Source: Longimicrobiales bacterium
GTDB taxonomy: Bacteria > Gemmatimonadota > Gemmatimonadetes > Longimicrobiales > Gaopeijiaceae
DNA: 64,000 nt
Reading direction: 5' to 3'
Assembly (NCBI GenBank): GCA_041690395.1
Contig: JAWLHJ010000002.1
Coordinates: forward strand, 436,651 to 500,650
The notes beneath the pieces are model-generated. The model was not told the DNA's origin. It did not search any database and was given only the letters and a program-made list of their open reading frames with translations. Within the stretch, counting starts at the first letter, position 1. The number at the start of each line of letters is the position of its first letter. A program made the translations under genes and the position numbers. This document shows positions 38,638 through 47,391 of the stretch, one piece after another.

Positions 38638-39660
38638 ATGTCGCAGCAGCTCGGACTCTTTCCGGATGCCGAGCCCCGGCCGGGGCGGGCCGGCGGCGTG
38701 GGCGCGGCGCCGGTCTCGGCCGAGCTCGAACGCGTCGCGACCGCGCTCCCCGAAGGACTCCGCCTGGGCACCTCTTCCTGGAGCTTCCCGGGCTGGGCCG
38801 GGATCGTCTACGACAGGGAAGCGTCCGCGAGCACGCTCGCCAGGACCGGGCTCGCGGCATACGCGCAGAGCCCTCTCCTGCGCACCGTCGGGGTCGACCG
38901 GACCTATTACAGACCCATTCCCGCGGATGCCTTCCGGGATTACGCGGACGACGTGCCGGCCGGCTTTCGCTTCCTGGTGAAGGCCGACCGCCGCACGACG
39001 TCGCCCACGGACCCCGACGCGCCCGGCCGCAGGGCCACCAACCCGGACTTCCTCGACCCGGCATACGCCATCCGGGAAGTCATCGAGCCGGCCGTCGAGG
39101 GACTCGGCGGCAAGCTGGGGCCGATCCTCTTCCAGTTCTCCCCCGGCCCGCCGGCCGCGCTCGGGGGAGAGCGGGCATTCCTGGAGCGCCTCTCGCGCTT
39201 CCTCGGCGCCCTTCCCGAAGGTCCGCTCTATGCCGTCGAGCTGCGCACACCGGAACTCCTCACGGAGGCGTACCGGGACGTCCTCGAGAGCCACGCGGTC
39301 GCACACGGCTACGTCGTGCACCCGGCGATGGCGCCGCTCGAGCGTCAGACCGCGCTCCTCCCTCCGCACTACCAGCCGGCGCTGGTCGTCCGGTGGATGC
39401 TCGGTGGGGGACTGGCCTACGAGGCCGCGAAGGACCGCTACGAGCCCTTCGACAGAATCGTCGACGAAGACTCCGCCACGCGGCACGCGGTCGCGGTGGC
39501 CGCCCTCGACGCGCTCATCGCGGAACGGGAGGTATTCGTCGTCGCCAACAACAAGGCCGAGGGATCGGCCCCGCGCACGCTGGAACGGCTGGCCGAGCAC
39601 ATCGTGCGGTGGCGCGACCCCGCGCCGTCGACTCCGGCCGGATCCGACGATGCTCCGTAA
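38638..39660 (+). CDS. DUF72 (YecE-like) protein
   Basis: LGTSSWSFPGW, DRTYY, FRFLVKA, LGPILFQF, AVELR, NNKAEGSAP. Confidence 0.9.
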   Translation: MSQQLGLFPDAEPRPGRAGGVGAAPVSAELERVATALPEGLRLGTSSWSFPGWAGIVYDREASASTLARTGLAAYAQSPLLRTVGVDRTYYRPIPADAFRDYADDVPAGFRFLVKADRRTTSPTDPDAPGRRATNPDFLDPAYAIREVIEPAVEGLGGKLGPILFQFSPGPPAALGGERAFLERLSRFLGALPEGPLYAVELRTPELLTEAYRDVLESHAVAHGYVVHPAMAPLERQTALLPPHYQPALVVRWMLGGGLAYEAAKDRYEPFDRIVDEDSATRHAVAVAALDALIAEREVFVVANNKAEGSAPRTLERLAEHIVRWRDPAPSTPAGSDDAP

Positions 39661-40108
39661 CCCGAGGGTCTGGGCATTCGCCGCCGGGGGCTGGCTGGTG
39701 CTCATGGGGCTGGTCCAACTCGGACTCCACGTGTGGGGCGTGGCGCTGGAGCATGCCATGGTGGGACAGCGCGCCTTCGCCATGGAGGCGATGAAGCAGG
39801 CGTTCTTCCTGGAGCCGCTCCAGCCGAGCCTCTGGCGCCGCCACCGGATGCTGAGCGGGTCGCTCGGCCTCTTCTACCTCTTCGCGGGCTCCGTGCCCTG
39901 CATCCTGGCGTGGCTTCGCGTGGAGGCACGTGTCCTCTCGACCATGGCGCTCTTCGGCACGGTGTTCTGGACGCTCACGTTCGTCCCGTATGCGTTCTTC
40001 GATCCCGTGGCGCTCCCTCTGGCGACGGCCGCCGTCGCCGTGCCGCTCCACGGCACCACCTGGCTGACCGCGACGCTCCGGGACATGGAAGAGGCCGAGA
40101 CGGCGTAG
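39650..40108 (+). CDS. Small integral membrane hypothetical protein (about 4 TM)
   Basis: Hydrophobic helices; overlaps the DUF72 stop. Confidence 0.6.
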   Translation: MLRNPRVWAFAAGGWLVLMGLVQLGLHVWGVALEHAMVGQRAFAMEAMKQAFFLEPLQPSLWRRHRMLSGSLGLFYLFAGSVPCILAWLRVEARVLSTMALFGTVFWTLTFVPYAFFDPVALPLATAAVAVPLHGTTWLTATLRDMEEAETA

Positions 40109-40175
40109 GATCTTTCCGGCCGATCACGTATACTGGAACAGTCCGCGTCCACGCTCCGTCAGCCGAGGCGACATC

Positions 40176-40670
40176 ATGATCCGCGCGCTCCGATTCATTC
40201 CGCTCGTCATCGTCCTTTCCGCCTGCGGTACTGGCGAAGCAGGCGAAGTCGCCACGGACGGCGAGACCGCGGCGTTCACGGTCGCGGCGGACATGCCCTC
40301 CATCGTCGTCTACAAGACCGCGAGCTGCGGCTGCTGCAACGGTTGGGTGGAGCATCTGCGCGAAGCGGGCTTCACCGTCGAGGCGCGCGACGTGCGCGAC
40401 CTGATGAGCGTGAAGCGGGACGCGGGCGTTCCGGTCCAGATGTCCTCATGCCACACGGCGATCGTCGATGGGTACGTCGTGGAAGGGCACGTGCCGGCCG
40501 AGCAGGTGGCGCGGATGGTCGCGGAGCGCCCGGAGATCGCGGGCATCGCGGTGCCGGGCATGCCCATCGGGTCGCCGGGCATGGAGGGGCCGAACCCCGA
40601 GCCCTATCAGGTCCTGACGTTCGGCCACGACGGTACGGCCGGCGTGTTCGCGAATGTGGATCCGCGCTGA
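40176..40670 (+). CDS. DUF411 (CopG-like) metal-binding lipoprotein
   Basis: Lipobox LSAC; YKTASCGCC..W..HL, SCHTA, EGHVP, AVPGMPIGSPGME. Confidence 0.9.
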   Translation: MIRALRFIPLVIVLSACGTGEAGEVATDGETAAFTVAADMPSIVVYKTASCGCCNGWVEHLREAGFTVEARDVRDLMSVKRDAGVPVQMSSCHTAIVDGYVVEGHVPAEQVARMVAERPEIAGIAVPGMPIGSPGMEGPNPEPYQVLTFGHDGTAGVFANVDPR

Positions 40671-40721
40671 GCGACTGAGCGCGCGCACCGCCCGAGCCGA
40701 GGAAAAGGCGAAGAGGGAGCC

Positions 40722-41105
40722 TTGTCCGCGGTCGTCCTGATCCTGGAGGGCTCCCCCGAGCTGAGGCGGATGCTCGAGGAGAGCCTCCGCCACCGCGGTT
40801 ATGCCGTGAAGTCCGCGGCGGACGCAGACGAGACCCTCGCAACGCTGAGGAGGTCGCGCGTCGACCTCCTGATCGCCGATCCGCCGACTCCGGGCGCGGT
40901 GGCCAGTGCGGCACTCCTCGAGCCGATCCGGGAGGAGTTCCCGGATCTCCCGACGATCCTGGTGTCCGGGAGCGCGTTCGACCCGGAGGCGATCCGCCCC
41001 CCCCAGTCAGGAGCGCCGCGACGCCGGCTTCTCCGCCGGCCGTTCACGCTCGGGGAGATGCTGACGCTCACGGACCAGGTGCTGTCCGGCGACGGTCGAG
41101 GCTAG
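40722..41105 (+). CDS. Single-domain receiver protein, atypical
   Basis: REC fold pattern VLILEG / LLIAD / ILVSG / RRPF; acidic pair and Lys are altered. Confidence 0.7.
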   Translation: MSAVVLILEGSPELRRMLEESLRHRGYAVKSAADADETLATLRRSRVDLLIADPPTPGAVASAALLEPIREEFPDLPTILVSGSAFDPEAIRPPQSGAPRRRLLRRPFTLGEMLTLTDQVLSGDGRG

Positions 41106-41109
41106 TCGG

Positions 41110-41769
41110 CTAGACCCGCTTCAGCAGCCCCACCTCCAGCGCGAACCGGACCAGCTCGCTCCGGTGGCTGAGTCCGAGCTTCTCCATGATGCGCGAGCGG
41201 TAGGTGTCGACCGTCTTCGGGCTGATGAAGAGCTTCTCGCCGATCTCGCGCGAGCTGAATCCCTCCGCGGTCAACGCCAGCACCTCACGCTCCCGCGCGC
41301 TCAGGGCCTGTAGGGTTCCGGAGTCCGAATCCCTGTCGTCCCGCTCCTTGTAGCGCTGCAGCAGAAGCGTCGTCGCCTTGGGCGGCATGAACACCTGGCC
41401 GCGGGCCACGACACGCAGGGCCTCGAGGAGGTCCGTGTCGGCGCTCGTCTTCGTCAGATATCCGCTCGCCCCCGCCTCCACGACCGGAACCAGATACTCC
41501 TCCTCGGCGTGCACCGTCAGTACGAGCACCTTGGTGTCGAGCCCGAGCGCGGCGATGCGACGCGTGGCCTCCAGGCCGTTCGAGCCAGGCATCGAGAGAT
41601 CCATCACCACGACGTCCGGCTTGAGCTCCCGCACCCGGTCGACGGCTTCGTCGCCCGACCCCGCCTCGCCGACGACGCGCATGCGGCCCTCCGCCTCGAT
41701 GAGCGCCTTGATGCCCGCACGGAACATCCTGTGGTCGTCGACGAGAAGGATCTCCAGCGGCTCACTCAT
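41110..41769 (-). CDS. NarL/LuxR-family response regulator
   Basis: ILLVDDH, PDVVVMDLSMP, GASGYLTK, LSAREREVL...ISPKTVDTYRSRIMEKL. Confidence 0.95.
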   Translation of the reverse strand: MSEPLEILLVDDHRMFRAGIKALIEAEGRMRVVGEAGSGDEAVDRVRELKPDVVVMDLSMPGSNGLEATRRIAALGLDTKVLVLTVHAEEEYLVPVVEAGASGYLTKTSADTDLLEALRVVARGQVFMPPKATTLLLQRYKERDDRDSDSGTLQALSAREREVLALTAEGFSSREIGEKLFISPKTVDTYRSRIMEKLGLSHRSELVRFALEVGLLKRV

Positions 41770-42796
41770 TCTCATTCTCCATGCGCAAGGGAATCGAAGC
41801 GCGGACAACGGTACCCTCCCCCGGAGCGCTCTCGACCGTCAAACGCCCTCCGACCATCGTCGCCCGTTCCCGCATGCCGACCAAGCCCAGTCCGCGGTCG
41901 AGCTCCATGCTGTACTCCGGATGGAAGCCCCGACCGTCGTCTTCGACCTCCGCCACGGCGAAGCCGTCGGACTCGTAGAGCCTCAGTCGCGTCGACGGAG
42001 CGTCGGCGTGCCGGCGCGCGTTCGAGAGCGCCTCCTGGATGATCCGGTAGAGCGAGAGCTTGCCGGTGAGATCGAGACCCGCATCCACGTCATCCAGCTC
42101 CGCGTCCACATCGAAGCCGAGACGCTCCCGAAGCGTGCGGACGTGCGCCCTCACCGCCAGCGCCAGTCCGACCTCCTCGAGCTCCGGCGGCCGTAGCCCC
42201 CGTGAGATCCGCTTGACGTCCTCGGCGGTCTCGATGATCTCCGCCCGGATCTCCTCGACGAGCTGGAGCCGGGCCTCGGGGTCATCGGCGTCGACGAGAC
42301 GGCGGACGTGCAGGATGAGCGTCGCGAGCCGCTGGGCGGTATCGTCGTGCAGCTCCCGAGCGATCCGCCGCCGCTCGTCTTCCGTCGCGCGGAGCGCGCT
42401 TTCCGAGAACCTCCGCAACCTTCGGTGTTCGGTCATGTCGCGCACCGCGCAGATGACACGGACGCCGCCGCGATCCGGCCCGCGGTCCCAGGGGCTGAGG
42501 CTGATCTCCACCGGGAAGGTGGTGCCGTCCTTCCGCCTTCCCCGCAAGTCGAGTCCGACACCCATCGGACGGTCCCGTGGCTGGCTCATGAACGAGTCAC
42601 GATGCTCCCCGTGGTGACTTCTCGAGGCCTCGGGCACGAGGACGTCGACGGGGCTCCCGATCAGCTCCTCCCTCGACCAACCGAACAGGAGCTCGGCCTT
42701 CGGGTTGGCGTCCCGAATGAGTCCCTCCCGATCGACGACCAGATAGCCGTCGGGTGAGGCCAGGAACATCGCGTGATAATCTTCGAGGGTGATCAA
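41762..42796 (-). CDS. Cytoplasmic PAS plus HisKA_3 sensor histidine kinase
   Basis: PAS (NPKAELLFGW...RKDGTTFPVEISLS), ERRRIARELHD, EALSNARRHA, DDGRGF, GLGLVGMRER; no TM segment. Confidence 0.93.
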   Translation of the reverse strand: MITLEDYHAMFLASPDGYLVVDREGLIRDANPKAELLFGWSREELIGSPVDVLVPEASRSHHGEHRDSFMSQPRDRPMGVGLDLRGRRKDGTTFPVEISLSPWDRGPDRGGVRVICAVRDMTEHRRLRRFSESALRATEDERRRIARELHDDTAQRLATLILHVRRLVDADDPEARLQLVEEIRAEIIETAEDVKRISRGLRPPELEEVGLALAVRAHVRTLRERLGFDVDAELDDVDAGLDLTGKLSLYRIIQEALSNARRHADAPSTRLRLYESDGFAVAEVEDDGRGFHPEYSMELDRGLGLVGMRERATMVGGRLTVESAPGEGTVVRASIPLRMENENE

Positions 42797-43001
42797 GCGC
42801 CTAGGGTCTATGTTCTGCCTCTCGGTGGCGTGTGGCGAAAAGCCCTACTTTGTTTCCGGTCGTTCCCCGACAGCGTGGGACGCTCCGGTACCCCAGAATG
42901 TAAGCAGGAAGGAAACGACGACAGGGTCGCCAGACCGAGAGGCGGCCCTCGGTGGTAGGTGAAGGCCCATCAGAGGCGAGATTCCAAGACGAGGAGGCAA
43001 C

Positions 43002-43907
43002 GTGTACACTCAGATCATGGTTCCCCTGGATGGCTCCAAGTTCGCGGAGTCGGCCCTGCCCCTCGCGCTGACGCTGAGCCGAGCCACCAAGGCGCCCATC
43101 CACCTCGCGACCGTCATCGAGCCGGTCCCGGCTTTCGCCTATGAGGAATGGGGGGCCGCGGCCGAGGAATGGACGAAGGAGTACCTCGCGAAGCTCACCG
43201 AGGAGGTCGCCGGGCGCGCGGGCGGGGCGGTTACGTCGTCGGTCCAGTCGGGGCACGTCGTCGACATGCTCCAGAAGGAAGCGACGCAGAAGAAGGTCGA
43301 CCTCGTGGTGATGGCGTCGCACGGCAGGGGCGCCGTATCCCGGCTCTGGCTGGGCAGCGTCGCCGATCGCTTCGTCCGGCAGACGGACCGGCCGGTGCTC
43401 TTGGTGCGGCCGGAAGAAGGCGAGCATCCGGCGCTCGACGAAGCGGCCACCTTCGACAACCTCCTGGTGCCACTCGACGGCTCGGAGTTGTCCGAGTCGG
43501 CCCTGCTACACGCGACGGAGTTCGGCGAGTTGTTCGACTCGGCCTACCACCTCACCCGCGTCGTCGCGTATCCGGTAGACCTGGCCTCCCCGTACCTCCC
43601 CCACACGGCCCAGATGAACCAGGAGGTGCTGGAGGAGGCCAAAGACCGCGCGGCCGAGTATCTCGAGACCCATGCCGACCGCATGCGGAAGCGCGGGCTG
43701 CGGGTGACGACTTCGGTGACCGTCGACGCACAGGCCGGCCACGGCATCCTCGTGGAGGCCGAGGCGGTCGATTGCGACGGAATCGCCATGGCCACCCACG
43801 GTCGGAAGGGGTTCACCCGGGCACTGCTCGGGAGCACGGCGGACAAGGTGCTGCGAGGCACGCATCTCCCGCTCCTGCTCCACCGCCCGGTCGCTCAGAA
43901 GGACTGA
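43002..43907 (+). CDS. Tandem universal stress protein
   Basis: Two USP domains: VPLDGS...MASHGRG...LGSVAD and VPLDGS...MATHGR...LGSTADKV. Confidence 0.93.
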   Translation: MYTQIMVPLDGSKFAESALPLALTLSRATKAPIHLATVIEPVPAFAYEEWGAAAEEWTKEYLAKLTEEVAGRAGGAVTSSVQSGHVVDMLQKEATQKKVDLVVMASHGRGAVSRLWLGSVADRFVRQTDRPVLLVRPEEGEHPALDEAATFDNLLVPLDGSELSESALLHATEFGELFDSAYHLTRVVAYPVDLASPYLPHTAQMNQEVLEEAKDRAAEYLETHADRMRKRGLRVTTSVTVDAQAGHGILVEAEAVDCDGIAMATHGRKGFTRALLGSTADKVLRGTHLPLLLHRPVAQKD

Positions 43908-43961
43908 GCGCCCCGGCCGAATACCGACTCATCCACCAGAAACGCCTTATAGGGAGCGACC

Positions 43962-44519
43962 ATGTCCTCCGTCAGAGATATCATGCAGAGCGATGTCGTC
44001 ACCGTGACGACCGACGCCACGGCCCGTGAGCTCGCGAGGCTTCTCGCTGATGAGCAGATCAGCGGGGTTCCGGTCGTCGACGGCGCCGGAGGGCTCGTCG
44101 GCGTGGTGTCGTCGACCGACGTCGTGCGGCTGGCCGCCGAAGAATCGCACGTGCGGCTGGTGACGACCGCCATTCGGGCGGGCGGGTACGGGGGCGGCAA
44201 GGTCGAGAGCGACGACGACTCGGACGAGCCGACCGACCAGGACCCCTTCGGCTTCTTCCTGCCGGAGGACTCGCCCCTGGCGGACGGCGCACTCCTGGCG
44301 GAGCTTCCCGAGAGCCGCCTGGACACCACGACCGTCGAGGAGATCATGACACCCGTATCGTTCACCGTGGAGCCCGACACGACCATCTCGGAGCTGTGCG
44401 AGTTCCTGGTCCGGGGTCGCATCCACCGCGCGGTCGTGGTCGAGGACGGCGCCCTGGCCGGCATCGTCACATCGGCGGACGTCCTCCGAGCGGTCGCGGC
44501 CGGGAAGGTGGGAAGCTGA
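43962..44519 (+). CDS. CBS-domain protein
   Basis: VRDIM, ISGVPVVD..G.LVGVVS..D, VEEIMT, IHRAVVVE.G.LAGIVT..D. Confidence 0.9.
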   Translation: MSSVRDIMQSDVVTVTTDATARELARLLADEQISGVPVVDGAGGLVGVVSSTDVVRLAAEESHVRLVTTAIRAGGYGGGKVESDDDSDEPTDQDPFGFFLPEDSPLADGALLAELPESRLDTTTVEEIMTPVSFTVEPDTTISELCEFLVRGRIHRAVVVEDGALAGIVTSADVLRAVAAGKVGS

Positions 44520-44521
44520 CG

Positions 44522-45088
44522 GTGCGGAGCGGGTGCTCCCCTCGACGCACGTCGCGGCCGGCGCCAGGGCTCTCCGGAGCCCTGGCGTTGCTCTTGCTCG
44601 CGGCTCCGGCCGCGGTGGCGGCGCAGCAGCCGGGCGCCGACGAGGGATGGCCCGCCCCCGCCATCGGGGTGCGTGTCGGGTTCGACCAGTCGGCGAGTGG
44701 CGAGGTGCTCGGCGCACAGCTGAGGGTTCCCGTGCTTCCGAGCGGGCGGCTCGAGCTGGTGCCGAACGCGGACATCACCTTCCTGAACAACCTGCGCGAG
44801 TACGGCTTCAACGTGGACGCGGTCTTCGTGAGCGGCGGCCGGCAAGGAGGGCTGTATCTCGGAGGCGGACTGGCGATGCGGAACTCGATCTTCACGGCCG
44901 AGATCGGGGGACCCCGCGAGACCGAGGTCGGCTTCGGAGCGGTCGTGGGCTTGAAGGGAGGCGGCCCGGCCGGGCTCATGACGCAGGTCGAGTTCCGGTG
45001 GAGCTTCCTCCCCGACGTCGACTACGATCCCCGGGCGATCACCCTCGGGCTCAACTTTCCGTTCTGGGGCCGCGACTCCCGCCGCTGA
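44522..45088 (+). CDS. Small outer-membrane beta-barrel protein
   Basis: Signal ending VAA-QQ; alternating beta strands; C-terminal ITLGLNF. Start uncertain. Confidence 0.6.
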   Translation: MRSGCSPRRTSRPAPGLSGALALLLLAAPAAVAAQQPGADEGWPAPAIGVRVGFDQSASGEVLGAQLRVPVLPSGRLELVPNADITFLNNLREYGFNVDAVFVSGGRQGGLYLGGGLAMRNSIFTAEIGGPRETEVGFGAVVGLKGGGPAGLMTQVEFRWSFLPDVDYDPRAITLGLNFPFWGRDSRR

Positions 45089-45127
45089 GCCGTCCCCTCG
45101 CTGCTAGGGTGAAGGCGGACGTCCTGA

Positions 45128-46066
45128 TCAGCGCGTGAGGATCACGAAGTCGGCCAGGCCGCGGTGGGACGCATCGTCCCAGGCGCCCACGTCCTCGTCC
45201 ACCTGGGTCATGACGACCGACAGCACGCGCGTGCCGGGGCGGTAGCCCTCGATGCGCTCGGCGATGCCCGTGCCGCGCTCGACGTGGAAGGATCCGGCGA
45301 AGTGGATGACCAGTGCGCCGGGCGCCACCTCCAGCCCTTCCGTGATGGCGTGCCCCATGGCTGCATCCCACAGAGCCTGGGCCTGGAGCGCGTTCTCGCT
45401 CCCCGCGTAGTCGCGCGCGGCCGTCGAGTCATCGTGTGCGCCCGCCGCCGCCATCGCCTCGGCCATGACCTCGTTCCACTGGGCGCGGTACTCGGGCGAG
45501 GGGCCCGGATACGGGAGCGGCGGCAGGTAGAAGCGCGCGAGCGGCCCGAGCACGTCCAGGGCGCCGCGGCCTTCCCGGGTCACCCGGTTCACGTAGCGGC
45601 GCGGCGCGTTCGAGGCCACGACCGGCAGCCCTTCCGCGCGGGCCGTCTCCACGAGGGGACGGTACCGGTTCTCGTAGTCCGGCCACGGGCGCGCGCTGTC
45701 CAGGAAGTGCTCTTCGGTGATCAGCCCGGCGAGGTACTCGTCCAGGACGTACTGCACGTCCCGCTCGAACATCTCGAGCGACAGCGTGACCCAACGGGCG
45801 GTCCCACGCACCCGCTCCACGGCCCCCCTCAGGACGGCCTCCTCCAGCCTGTGGCCGACGGGGTTCCCGTGCTCCTCCCCCACCAACAGCACATCGGCGT
45901 CATCGAGGGCGGCGAGCACGTCGTCGAGGGATGCGTCCGTGCCGTCCGCGCGGTAGACGCTGAAGTGGTCGTCGGGCAACGACGGAGCCGGCTCCTCGGC
46001 ATCCTGGGCATACAGGGGCGCGGCGAGCGCGAGCAGTGTCACGAAGGAGGAGAGCCTGATGACCAT
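45128..46066 (-). CDS. ChaN-family (Tiki/EreA-like) exported protein
   Basis: DVLLVGEEH, LSLEMF, YRPLVE.A, ASNAPR, QALWDAAM, AGSFHV. Confidence 0.85.
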   Translation of the reverse strand: MVIRLSSFVTLLALAAPLYAQDAEEPAPSLPDDHFSVYRADGTDASLDDVLAALDDADVLLVGEEHGNPVGHRLEEAVLRGAVERVRGTARWVTLSLEMFERDVQYVLDEYLAGLITEEHFLDSARPWPDYENRYRPLVETARAEGLPVVASNAPRRYVNRVTREGRGALDVLGPLARFYLPPLPYPGPSPEYRAQWNEVMAEAMAAAGAHDDSTAARDYAGSENALQAQALWDAAMGHAITEGLEVAPGALVIHFAGSFHVERGTGIAERIEGYRPGTRVLSVVMTQVDEDVGAWDDASHRGLADFVILTR

Positions 46067-46192
46067 GCGATACGATCCCGGAAGACGTGGAGCCGGAGGC
46101 GACGACGCGCCGACGGAGACGGTGAAAAAGGGTAGCGCACCGGGTTCCGAGCGTCACGGCCCTGCGCCAGAGCCAGGGGTCCTCGCCGCCGT

Positions 46193-46221
46193 TTGACAAG
46201 CGTCGCGGAGGCATCGACCTT
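46193..46221 (+). promoter_or_regulatory. Possible sigma70 promoter
   Basis: TTGACA-N17-GACCTT, 36 nt upstream of the 46258 ATG. Confidence 0.35.
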
Positions 46222-46257
46222 CGGCGAAGTATCCCCCCCCGAACGTCAGGAGTCTCC

Positions 46258-46893
46258 ATGCGCTTCCGCCTCGCGTCCGCGGCCGTCCTGGCCGCCGTCC
46301 TCGCCGCTCCCGTCTCGGCCCAGGACTTCCAGCGCCCCGACGATTGGCAGGTTCGCTTCGACCAGGCCGGCGCCTCCGAGGACCAGCTCGAGATGTTCGT
46401 GTCGATGCCGCCGGGATGGCACGTCACGTCGGGCCCGGCGGCCATCTACTGGAATCCTGCCAGCGAGGCCCGCGGGCGCTACAGGGTCGAGATGGAGGTC
46501 TTCCTTTTCGACCCGGGAGAGCGGCGCGAGGCGTTCGGCGTCTTCATCGGGGGGCGTGACCTGGACGGGCCGGACCAGGCCTACGCCTACTTCCTGATCC
46601 GCAACGGGGGCCAGTTCATCGTGAAGGAGCGCGCCGGCGCCGAGGCTCCGACCATCGAGCCGTGGACGTCCCACGAGGCGATCCTGTCGTACGCGGACCG
46701 CGGCGAGGACGCCTCGGTGCTGAACGTGCTGGCGGTGGAGGTGGACGGAGACACCCTCCGGTTCCTGGTCAACGACCAGGAGGTCTGGTCGGGCCCGAAG
46801 AACGACCTGCCGGTCGACGGGGTCTACGGCTTCCGCGTCAACCACGGCCTGAACCTCCACATCTCGCGGCTCGAGGTCAGCTCACTCGACTGA
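46258..46893 (+). CDS. Secreted beta-sandwich protein (concanavalin/DUF1080-like)
   Basis: Signal VSA-Q; GWHVTSGP, EAFGVFIGG, FLVNDQEV, GFRVNH; AGGAG SD. Confidence 0.65.
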   Translation: MRFRLASAAVLAAVLAAPVSAQDFQRPDDWQVRFDQAGASEDQLEMFVSMPPGWHVTSGPAAIYWNPASEARGRYRVEMEVFLFDPGERREAFGVFIGGRDLDGPDQAYAYFLIRNGGQFIVKERAGAEAPTIEPWTSHEAILSYADRGEDASVLNVLAVEVDGDTLRFLVNDQEVWSGPKNDLPVDGVYGFRVNHGLNLHISRLEVSSLD

Positions 46894-46950
46894 GCCGGCG
46901 AACCGTGGGCCGGGGCTCTCCACCGCGCGAGCGGCCCCCGGGGGGGCGCC

Positions 46951-47343
46951 CTATCTGGGGGCCGACGCCTCGCCGGTCAGCGGCCGGGGGGGCTCGGTGA
47001 TGTCGTCCTCGGTACCGGGCTGCCCGTCCGGACCCATCGAGCCCACGTAGTAGTCCCGGTTCGTGGCCCGGATGTAGTAGAAGTTGTCCCACGGGTCGGT
47101 CTCCTTACCCGAGAAGGAGCGCCGCAGCCATCCCGAGAAGTTGTCCGAAGCGGGGAGCCCCTCCGCGCGCCTCAGGCGTGCGTCGAGCTGGTCGGCCATC
47201 GAGCGCAGCTGCCGGGGGACGTACCGGGCTTTCACGTCGTCCACGTACGGCGTCACGAACGCGTTCAGCTCCGCACGGAGGCTGGGCACGGCCATGGTGA
47301 CGCCGAGCGCGATGAACGCCAGGTAGAAGAGCTTCTTGATCAT
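46951..47343 (-). CDS. GspG-like (T2SS pseudopilin C-terminal domain) protein
   Basis: DPW.N.YY...SMGPDGQPGTEDDI; N-terminal hydrophobic helix. Confidence 0.7.
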   Translation of the reverse strand: MIKKLFYLAFIALGVTMAVPSLRAELNAFVTPYVDDVKARYVPRQLRSMADQLDARLRRAEGLPASDNFSGWLRRSFSGKETDPWDNFYYIRATNRDYYVGSMGPDGQPGTEDDITEPPRPLTGEASAPR

Positions 47344-47391
47344 TCGGGTCGTCCGTCCAGGAGAGTTCTTCGCTCCTCAAAGCTGCACCAC

